From Haplodiscus bocki (lineage: Eukaryota), in NCBI GenBank assembly GCA_965655095.1, contig OZ296649.1, positions 120,342,001 to 120,406,000 on the forward strand: a stretch of DNA of 64,000 nt, in the 5' to 3' direction. Shown here piece after piece: positions 53,601-64,000 of the stretch. The notes under the pieces are model-generated. The model worked only from the letters and a program-made list of their open reading frames with translations, was not told the DNA's origin and did no database searches. Position 1 is the stretch's first letter, and each line of letters opens with the position of its first letter. Both the position numbers and the translations under genes were made by a program.

Positions 53601-56600
53601 GAATATTGAGACGTCGCTTGTTGTTAAGAACATTTATGGATGGATTGATTTAATTTGTTGCGGAATAAAGCCATTTTACACCGTGGAAAAAGACCTGGAC
53701 TGCTGATATTCAAAATTAAATCCTATCTTTTATAAAACGTTCATGAAGCCATTGCAATTAGGTACCCCTGGTTCGCGTGGCAAACGAAAATTATGAGACA
53801 AACAAAAATGCATTGGTATAAAAAAATGGGAGAAATGCAGATTTTTTTGAAACTCATGTTGAAGGAAAATATGAAAAAGGAGTTTTGGCATAAAAGTCGA
53901 ACAAAAAAGAATCTGGACATATGAACTGCAAATTCCCTTTACCAACCTCAATCCTTGTTGAGCGTTTCTTCAATTTGTTGGGAATTGCGTTAGCTCAGCA
54001 TCGCCAATATTTATGACTTCGGAGCATTTGAAGGAGCAGCTCTTTCTAAAAGTCAACAGGTGGTTCTCGAGCCCACAAACTGTCGAATTTGCTTATATTC
54101 AATAACTCGACTAAATTTTCCATTTTTGACCCTAACGGATTAAGGGATTTTCAATTTTCAATATTGCCATTAAGGTTTTTTCCTATTTTCAAATTGAAAA
54201 TTCATTTCCATTTTTTTTCCGTAGCCCTGACCACCAGTAGTAACAAGATTTTTGAACCCTATTGCGTGGAAGGATTTTTTTGGGATTGGTTAATTTTCAC
54301 TCTTACGTGGCTTAAACCAACAAGGTCCGTACAAGATACGTGAAATAATTCTCGAAAGCTCAAAAGCAAGACGTTGGGTTGCTCCACAAAACAAGACCAA
54401 CATCTGACACTTCAGCACTTGCCGGGCCTTATGTTTTCAGGCGTTTGACTAGGAACGAGCCCCCATTCTCAAATGCAAAAAAGCAATCGATTTTTTTGCT
54501 GCTGTCAAGCATTCCATTTCATTGACTCCACTTACATAATTGTTTTAATGGGATTGCGCTGAAGCGCTAATGGGGGGACTCAACAGAGCCATAGCCTTCC
54601 CGAAAAAGGCAAGTCTTCAATTTCGTTCGGACAAGCGGCTGGACGGAATTTGATGGGCATTTTTCTGACATCAAATTGGGATGGTACCACTGACAGAACC
54701 GATGGTATTATGTGGAAAGCTAGTTATAGTAAAAAAATTAATTGTGTATGATATCTCAGCGTATCGTTAGTTTTGTGCACTCTATCATTCAAAACTGAGT
54801 TGGCTGAGTTTTTCTACAAAAATTTATATGTCACACAATTGAAAACTCGGATATGGACATTTTAAGCCGAATACACCCCCCCCCAAACCACCACCAGAGG
54901 CAGGGCTAGGGAAAAAATAATGAAGCGTTCCATTAATTACCATTAATGAAAGCCGTTAACTGATGGAATCAATTTTGAAAATGCCCTTAAAGAATGGAAA
55001 CGCAACCCCAATAAAAGCCATTACTTCCAGGGCCGATGAACTCTACAATTTGAAGCAACGTTCGACAAATAATTCGTTCTTAACTATTATTCACAAATGG
55101 AGAGTGACTCTAATAAGGTCTATCTTCAGAGAAAAAGCAGTACTGCCTGCTCGTCGCTTGCTGCACCTAACTAAGCGGTGTTTTGTGTTTCTCTTGTGTG
55201 CTGTGTTATTCATCGCACTGTGTATGTGCCTTCGAAGTGCCTGACTGATACCGAACGTTACGCAAAATTTTATTTTACTCCGACGGGTGAAGAAATGAAG
55301 AGAAATGTCGTTGTGGGGCTCTTATTTCGAAAAAAAACTGGAAAGGCTTTTTTGTTTTTGATGGCTCATGTCAAAGTAATCTATAAGTACTATAAACGAG
55401 AAGCAAAAAGCAATCAAGGAGCTCTTAGGAAAATTGAGACGTCGCCTGTTGTTAAGAACGTTTATGGGTGGATTGACTTAATTTGTTGCGGAATAAAGCC
55501 ATTTTACACCGTGGAAAAAAACCTGGACTGCTGATTTTCAAAATTAAATCCTATCTCTTATAAAACGTTCATAAAGCCTTTGGAATTAGGTACCCCTAAT
55601 TCGCGCGGCAAACAAAATCATGAGACAAACAAAAATGCATTGGTATAAAATGGATGGGAGAAATGCAGGTATTTTTGAAGCTCATGTTGAAGGAAAATAT
55701 GAAGAAGGAGTTTTGGCATAAAAGTCGAACAAAAAAGAATCTGGACATATGAACTGCAAATTCCCTTTACCAACCTCAATCCTTGTTGAGCGTTTCTTCA
55801 ATTTGTTGGGAATTGCGTTAGCTCAGCATCGCCAATATTTATGACTTCGGAGCATTTGAAGGAGCAGCTCTTTCTAAAAGTCAACAGGTGGTTCTCGAGC
55901 CCACAAACTGTCGAATTTGCTTATATTCAATAACTCGAGTAAATTTTCCATTTTTGACCCCAACGGATTAAGGAATTTTCAATTTTCAATATTGCCATTA
56001 AGGTTTTTTCCTATTTTCAAATTGAAAATTCATTTCCATTTTTTTTCCGTAGCCCTGACCACAAGTAGTAACAAGATTTTTGAACCCTATTGCGTGGAAG
56101 GATTTTTTTGGGATTGGTTAATTTTCACTCTTACGTGGCTTAAACCAACATCGTCCGTACAAGATACGTGAAATATTTCTCGAAAGCTCAAAAGCAAGAC
56201 GTTGGGTTGCTCCACAAAACAAGACCAACATCTGACACTTCAGCACTTGCCGGGCCTTATGTTTTCAGGCGTTTGACTAGGAACGAGCCCCCATTCTCAA
56301 ATGCAAAAAAGCAATCGATTTTTTGCTGCTGTCAAGCATTCCATTTCATTGACTCCACTTACATAATTGTTTTAATGGGATTGCGCTGAAGCGCTAATGG
56401 GGGGACTCAACAGAGCTATAGCCTTCCCGAAAAAGGCAAGTCTTCAATTTCGTTCGGACAAGCGGCTGGACGGAATTTGGTGGGCAATTTTCTGACATCA
56501 AATTGGGATGGTACCACTTACAGAACCGATGGTATTGTGTGGAAAGCTATTTATAGTAAAAAATTAATTGTGTATGATATCTCAGCGTATCGTTAGTTGT

Positions 56601-59600
56601 GTGCACTCTATCATTCAAAGATGAATTGGCTGCGTTTTTCTACAAAAATTTGTCTGTCACAAAATTGAAGACTCGGATATGGACATTTTAAGCCGAATAC
56701 ATCCCCCGCAAACCACCACCAGAAGCAGAGCTGTGGAAAATTTGAAGAAGCGTTCCATTAATTGCTAATAATGGAAGCCGTTAATTGATGGAATCATTTT
56801 TGAAAATGCCATTTCTGGATAGAAACGCAGCCCCATCACTAGCCATTATTTCCACGGCCGATTTACTGTACAGACTGAAGTGGCGTTTGATAAATATTAC
56901 GTTCTTAACTATTATTTACAAATGGAGAGTGACTCTAATACTGTTTATTATGAGAGAGAAAGCAGCACTGCGTGCTCGCCGCTTGTTGCACGTAGTTAAG
57001 CGGTGTTTTGTGTTTCTCTTGTGTGCTGTGTTATTCATTGCACTGTGCATGGTGCCTTCGAAACGCATTACTGAAAGCGAACGTTACGCAAAAGTTTATT
57101 ATACGCCAACGGGAGAAGAAATGAAGAGGAATTTCGTTGTGGTGCTGTTATTTCCAAGAGAACTGGAAAGTGTTATTTGATTTTGATAGCTCATCTCAAA
57201 GTATTCTACAAGGACAACGAAAAGCAAAAGGCAATCAAGGCACTCATACGCTTATTGAGATTTCGCCTGTTGTTATGAACATTACTGGGTGGATTGACAT
57301 GATTGATTACGGACTAAAGCCTTTTTACACTGTGGGAAATGAACTGGATCGCTGATATTCAAAACTAAAACCTATCTCCTATAAAACTTTCATGAAGTTT
57401 TGGGAATTATTTACCTAATTCGCGTGGCAAACGAAAGTCGTGAGACAAACATTTTGCCTTGGTATTAGACATATGGGGGAAATGCAGATTTTTTTTAAAA
57501 CTCATGATGAAGGAAATTTTGAAGAAGGAGTTTTGGCATAAAAATTGATCAAAGAAGATTCTGGATATGTGAACTGCAAATTCTTTTTACCCACTTCAAT
57601 CCTTGTTGAGCGTTTTTTCAGTTTTATGGAAATTGCGTTAACTTAGCATCGCCAATCTTTTTGACTTCGGAGCATCTGCAGGATCAGTTCTTCCTAAAAG
57701 TCAACAAGTGGTTCTGGAGCCTACAAACTGTCGACTTTGCTTATATTCAATAACTCGATTGAATATTCCACTATTGGCCCTATTGCGTTAAGGGATATTC
57801 AATTTTCAACATTGCCATTAAAATTTTTTCTTATTTTCAATTTGAAAATTCATTTCCATTAATTTTCCGCAGCACTGACTACCAGTAGTAACAAGTTTTT
57901 TGAACCCTATTGCGTGGAATCAATTTTTTTGGATTGGTTAATTTTCACTCGCTCATGGCTTAAGCCACCATCGTCCGTACAAAGTACGTGAAATATTTCT
58001 CGAAAGCTCAAAATAATGACGTTGGGTTGCTCCACAAAACGAAACCAACATCTGACACATCAGCACTTGCCGGGCCTAATGCTTTCAGGCGTTTGACTAG
58101 GTAGGAGCCCCCCATTCTCAAATGCGAGAAACCGATATATTTTTTTGCTGTTGTTAAGCATTTCATTTCATTAACTCCACTTACATAAAAGTTTCAAAGG
58201 GATTGCGTTGAGGCGCTAATGGGCGGACCCAACAGAGCTATAGCCTTCACGAAAAATGCTAGTTTTCAGTTTCTTTTGAACACGCGGCTGCTTGGAATTT
58301 ATTGTGCAAGTGTCTGACTTCAAATTGGGACAGCACCACTTACAGAACTGATGGTATTATGTGGAAAGATAATTATAGCAAAAAAAAATGTTGGCTGCGT
58401 TTTTCTACAAAACTTTATCTGTCACAAAATTGAAGATTTGAAAATGGATAATCTAAGCTAAATACACCCCCCCACCAAACCACCACCAACAGCAGGGCTG
58501 TGGAAAAACTAATCAAGCGTTCCATTAATTGCTATCAATGGAAGCCGTTAATTGATGGAATCATTTTTCAAAATGCCATTGATGGATGGAAACGCAGCCG
58601 CATTAAAAGCCATTTCTGCCATTTTTTCCAGTGCCGATGTACTGTACAAATCGAAGTGGCGTCTGGCAAAAAAAACGTTCTTATCTAGTGTTTACCAATC
58701 GAGAGTGACTCTAATAATGTCTACCTTCAGACAAAAAGTAGTACTGACTGCTCGTCGCTTGATGCACCTAACTAAGCGGTAGTTTGTGTTTCTCTTGTGT
58801 GCTGTGTTATTCATCGCACTGTGCATGGCGATTTCAAAATGCATTACTGAAATCGAACGTTACGCAAAATTTTATTTTATTCCAATGGGAGAAGAATTGA
58901 AGAGGAATTTCGTTGTGGCGCTGTTCTTTCCAAGAGAACTAGAAAGTGTTCTTTGATTTTGATCGCTCATATCAAAGTAATCTATAAGGACTATGAACGA
59001 AAAGCAAAAGGCAATCAAGGCACTCTTAGGAATAGGAATTATGAGATTTCGCCTGTTGTTTTGAACATTTATGCGTGGATTGACATGATTGATTGCGGAT
59101 TAAAGCCATCTTACACTGTGGGAAATGACCTCGATCGCTGAGATTCAAAATTGAATCCTATCTCTTATAAAACGTTCATGAAGTATTTGGAATTAGTTAC
59201 CACTAATTCTCATGGCAAATGAAAACCGTGAGACAATCAACTTTTCATTGTTACTAGACAAATGGTGGAGATGCAGAATTTTTTGAAACTCATGATGAAG
59301 GAAAATTTGAAGACGGAATTTTCTTAAAAGTCGAACAAAGAAGAATCTGGATATATGAACTGCAAATTCTTTTTACCCACCTCAATCCTTGTTGAGTGTT
59401 TTTTCAGTTTGTTGGGAATTGCGTTAACTTAGCATCGCCAATCTTTTTGACTTCGGAGCATGTGCAGGAGCAGTTCTTCGTAAAAGTTAACAAGTGGTTC
59501 TGGAGCCGACAAACTGTCATATTTGCTTATATTCAATAATTCGATTGAATTTTCCACTATTGGCTCTATTGGGTTAAGGGATTTTCATTTTTCAACATTG

Positions 59601-60277
59601 CCATCAAAGTTTTTTCATATTTTGAATTTGAAAATTGATTTCCATTAATTTTCCGCAGCACTGACTACCAGTAGTAACAAGTCTTTTGAACTCTATTGCG
59701 TGGAATCATTTTTTTTGGATTTGTTAATTTTCACTCGCTCGTGGCTTAAGCCACCATCGTCCGTACAAAGTACGTGAAATATTTCTCGAAAGCTCAAAAT
59801 AATGACGTTGGATTGCTCCACAAAACGAAACCAACATCTGACACTTCAGCACTTGCCAGGCCTAATGCTTTCAGGCGCCTGACTAGGTAGGAGCCTCCCA
59901 TTCTCAAATGCCAAAAATTGATATACTTTTTTGCTGTTGCTGAGCATTTCATTTCATTAACTCCACTTACATAAATGTTTCAAAGGGATTGCGTTGAGGC
60001 GGTAATGAGAGGACCCAACAGAGCAGTAGTTTTCACGAAAAATGCAAGTTTTCAGTTTCGTTCGGTCACGCGGCTGCTTGGAATTTATTGTGCAAGTGTC
60101 TGACTTCAAATTGGGACAGCACCACTTACAGAACTGAAGGTATTATGTGGAAAGATAATTATAGCAAAAAAAAATGTTGGCTGCGTTTTTCTACAAAACT
60201 TTATCTGTCACAAAATTGAAGATTTGAATATGGATTTTTTAAGCTAAATACCCCCCTCTCCAAAGTACCACCAACAG

Positions 60278-63200
60278 CTGGGCTGTGGAAAAATTAATGA
60301 AGCATTCCATTAATTCCTATTAACGGAAGCCGTTAATTGATGGAATCATTTTTGAAATTGCCCTTAATGGATGGAAACGCAGCCCCATTACAAGCCATTT
60401 TTGCCATTTTTTCCAGGGCCGATGTACTGTACAGATTGAAGTGGCGTTTGATCAACATTACGTCCTTAACTAGTTTTTACAAATGGAGAGTGACTCTAAT
60501 ACTGTCTATTATGAGAGACAAAGCATCACTGGTTGCTCGTCGCTTGTTGCACGTAATTAAGCGGTGTTTTGTGTTTCTCTTGTGTGCTGTGTTATTCATC
60601 GCACTGTGCATGGTGCCTTTGAAACGCATTACTGATAACGAGCGTTACGCAACTTTTTATTTTACTCCAGCGGGAGAAGAAATGAAGAGGAATTTCGTTG
60701 TGGTGCTGTTATTTCCAAGAGAACTGGAAAGTGTTATTTGATTTTGATAGCTCATATCAAAGTAATCTATAGGGACTATGAACGAAAAGCAAAATGCAAT
60801 CAAGGCACCCATACGCTTATTGAGATTTCGCCTGTTGTTATGAACATTAGTGGGTGGATTGACATGATTGATTGCGGATTAAAGCCATTTTACACTGTGG
60901 AAAATGACCTGGATCGCTGATATTCAAAATTAAATCCTATCTCATAAAACGTTCATGAAGTATTTGGAATTAGTTACCCCTATTTCTAGTGGCAAATGAA
61001 AATCATGAGACAAACAAAAATGCATTGGTATAAAAAGGATGGGAGAAATTCAGATATTTTTGCAGCTCATGTTGAAGGAAAATATGAAGAGGGAGTTTTG
61101 GCATAAAATTCGAACAAAAAAGAATCTGGACATATGAACTGCAAAATTCTTTACCCACCTCAATCCTTGTTGAGCGTTTCTTCAATTTGTTGGGAATTGC
61201 GTTAGCTCAGCATCGCCAATCTTTTTGACTTCGGAGCATTTGAAAGAGCGGCTCTGTGAGATATACAAGTTTACACTGGTTTTAGACGGATGGAGGAGAG
61301 GCAGAATTTTTTGAAACTCATGATGAAGAAGATTTTGAAGACTGAATTTTGGCATAAAAGTCGAACAAAAGAGAATCTGAATATATGAACTGCAAATTCC
61401 TTTGACCCACGTCAATCCTCGTTGAGCGTTTCGTCAGTTTATTGGGAATTGCGTTAACTTAGCATCGCCAATCTCTTTGACTTCGGAGCATCTGCAGGAG
61501 CAGCTCTTCCTAAAAGTCAACAAGTGATTCTGGAGCCCACAAACTGTCGATTTTGCTTATATTCAAAGCTCGATTAAATTTTCCAATTTTGGCTCTTTTG
61601 GGTTAACGGTTTTCAATATTCAACATTGCCATCAAAGTTTTTTCTTATTTTGAATTTGAAAATTCATTTCCATTAATTTTCCGCAGCACTGACTACCAGT
61701 AGTAACAAGTCTTTTGAACTCTATTGCGTGGAATCATTTTTTTTGGATTTGTTAATTTTCACTCGCTCGTGGCTTAAGCCACCATCGTCCGTACAAAGTA
61801 CGTGAAATATTTCTCGAAAGCTCAAAATAATGACGTTGGATTGCTCCACAAAACGAAACCAACATCTGACACTTCAGCACTTGACAGGCCTAATGCTTTC
61901 AGGCGCCTGACTAGGTAGGAGCCTCCCATTCTCAAATGCCAAAAATTGATATACTTTTTTGCTGTTGCTGAGCATTTCATTTCATTAACTCCACTTACAT
62001 AAATGTTTCAAAGGGATTGCGTTGAGGCGGTAATGAGAGGACCCAACAGAGCAGTAGTTTTCACGAAAAATGCAAGTTTTCAGTTTCGTTCGGTCACGCG
62101 GCTGCTTGGAATTTATTGTGCAAGTGTCTGACTTCAAATTGGGACAGCACCACTTACAGAACTGAAGGTATTATGTGGAAAGATAATTATAGCAAAAAAA
62201 AATGTTGGCTGCGTTTTTCTACAAAACTTTATCTGTCACAAAATTGAAGATTTGAATATGGATTTTTTAAGCTAAATACCCCCCTCTCCAAAGTACCACC
62301 AACAGCTGGGCTGTGGAAAAATTAATGAAGCATTCCATTAATTCCTATTAACGGAAGCCGTTAATTGATGGAATCATTTTTGAAATTGCCCTTAATGGAT
62401 GGAAACGCAGCCCCATTACAAGCCATTTTTGCCATTTTTTCCAGGGCCGATGTACTGTACAGATTGAAGTGGCGTTTGATCAACATTACGTCCTTAACTA
62501 ATTTTTACAAATGGAGAGTGACTCTAATACTGTCTATTATGAGAGACAAAGCATCACTGGTTGCTCGTCGCTTGTTGCACGTAATTAAGCGGTGTTTTGT
62601 GTTTCTCTTGTGTGCTGTGTTATTCATCGCACTGTGCATGGTGCCTTTGAAACGCATTACTGATAACGAGCGTTACGCAACTTTTTATTTTACTCCAGCG
62701 GGAGAAGAAATGAAGAGGAATTTCGTTGTGGTGCTGTTATTTCCAAGAGAACTGGAAAGTGTTATTTGATTTTGATAGCTCATATCAAAGTAATCTATAG
62801 GGACTATGAACGAAAAGCAAAATGCAATCAAGGCACCCATACGCTTATTGAGATTTCGCCTGTTGTTATGAACATTAGTGGGTGGATTGACATGATTGAT
62901 TGCGGATTAAAGCCATTTTACACTGTGGAAAATGACCTGGATCGCTGATATTCAAAATTAAATCCTATCTCATAAAACGTTCATGAAGTATTTGGAATTA
63001 GTTACCCCTATTTCTAGTGGCAAATGAAAATCATGAGACAAACAAAAATGCATTGGTATAAAAAGGATGGGAGAAATTCAGATATTTTTGCAGCTCATGT
63101 TGAAGGAAAATATGAAGAGGGAGTTTTGGCATAAAATTCGAACAAAAAAGAATCTGGACATATGAACTGCAAAATTCTTTACCCACCTCAATCCTTGTTG

Positions 63201-63719
63201 AGCGTTTCTTCAATTTGTTGGGAATTGCGTTAGCTCAGCATCGCCAATCTTTTTGACTTCGGAGCATTTGAAAGAGCGGCTCTGTGAGATATACAAGTTT
63301 ACACTGGTTTTAGACGGATGGAGGAGAGGCAGAATTTTTTGAAACTCATGATGAAGAAGATTTTGAAGACTGAATTTTGGCATAAAAGTCGAACGAAAGA
63401 GAATCTGAATATATGAACTGCAAATTCCTTTGACCCACGTCAATCCTCGTTGAGCGTTTCGTCAGTTTATTGGGAATTGCGTTAACTTAGCATCGCCAAT
63501 CTCTTTGACTTCGGAGCATCTGCAGGAGCAGCTCTTCCTAAAAGTCAACAAGTGATTCTGGAGCCCACAAACTGTCGATTTTGCTTATATTCAAAGCTCG
63601 ATTAAATTTTCCAATTTTGGCTCTTTTGGGTTAACGGTTTTCAATATTCAATATTGCCATTAAGGTTTTTTCTTATTTTGAAATTGATAATTCATTTCCG
63701 TTAATTTTCCGTAGCCCTG
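60278..63719 (+). mobile_element. Two expanded hAT copies (1414 bp each, period 2028 bp) with an internal ~255-bp duplication
   Basis: The DGW-to-PTSN..ER segment occurs twice per element. Junction GGCTCT|GTGAGATATACAAG at ~61256 and ~63284. Confidence 0.85.
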
Positions 63720-64000
63720 ACTACCAGTAGTAACAAGTCTTTTGAACCCTATTGCGTGGAATCAATTTTTTTTGGATTGGTTAATTTTCACTCGCTCGTG
63801 GCTTAAACCATCATCGTCCGTACAAGGTACGTGAAATTTTTTTCGAAAGCTCAAAACACTGACGTTGGGTTGCTCCACAAAACGAAACCAACATCTGACA
63901 CTTCAGCACTTGCCGGGCCTAATGTTTTCAGGCGTTTGACTAGGTAGAAGCCCCCATTCTCAAATGCGAAAAATTGATGTACTTTTTTGTTGTTGTTAAG

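Larger units (their letters stand above)
9830..64000 (+). repeat. Tandem macrosatellite, 30 units of ~1.84 kb, each a deleted hAT transposon plus flanking DNA; continues past window end
   Basis: Element coordinates (left TIR start to right TIR end): ~9830(truncated)-10782, 11464-12619, 13294-14449, 15136-16291, 16970-18126, 18815-19974, 20659-21817, 22503-23662, 24347-25502, 26189-27349, 28040-29199, 29882-31041, 31722-32880, 33564-34723, 35405-36564, 37245-38401, 39068-40224, 40893-42050, 42721-43879, 44507-45665, 46292-47448, 48082-49238, 49910-~50680 (right end deleted), 51246-52403, 53077-54229, 54901-56057, 56726-57877, 58493-59663, 60278-61691, 62306-63719. Homologous short ORFs recur with the same period in the ORF track. 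Confidence 0.98.

Noticed and set aside
13980-63443. Many 60-115 aa minus-strand ORFs (MRWVRG..., MLTFRR..., MKKRST...) as a gene family
   Set aside because: They are antisense shadows of the transposase relic, mostly with non-ATG starts, and they open and close inconsistently between copies.
11464-63719. Autonomous, active transposase within the array
   Set aside because: Every copy lacks the catalytic middle and carries frameshifts or stops.
9830-64000. CRISPR-like repeat/unique-spacer array, rDNA, 5S, histone or snRNA gene cluster
   Set aside because: Spacers are homologous rather than unique. No rRNA, tRNA, snRNA or histone sequence was recognised. GGACTCAACAGAGCC only superficially resembles the histone stem-loop.

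Overview
AT-rich eukaryotic (probably invertebrate animal) genomic DNA in two parts. (1) 1-9.8 kb: a nest of foldback/Mutator-like MITEs (1-1.9 kb), a decayed Ty3/Gypsy retrotransposon (~2.6-4.0 kb), small MITEs/hairpins, and a three-exon MED21 (Mediator subunit 21/SRB7) gene at 6353-8404 (+) with an unusual acidic C-terminal extension. (2) 9.83 kb to beyond the window end: a >54-kb head-to-tail macrosatellite of 30 units (~1.84 kb each). Each unit is one ~1.16-kb internally deleted hAT-superfamily DNA transposon plus ~0.68 kb of the DNA flanking its insertion site. The element has ~24-bp TIRs (CAGGGCTAYGGAAAAATTAATGGA), CCATTAATGG subterminal repeats and an 8-bp TSD. Its relic transposase keeps the BED-like N-terminus, the KFALVLDGW motif and the PTSNxVERFFS C-terminus but lacks the catalytic middle. 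All copies share the same insertion site and internal deletion, so one insertion locus was amplified in tandem rather than transposed 30 times. The array shows subfamilies, dimer higher-order repeats, mosaic copies, a subfamily-specific G-quadruplex motif and a recurrent hydrophobic ORF. All coordinates and alignments were read by eye; protein family assignments come from remembered motifs, not database searches.
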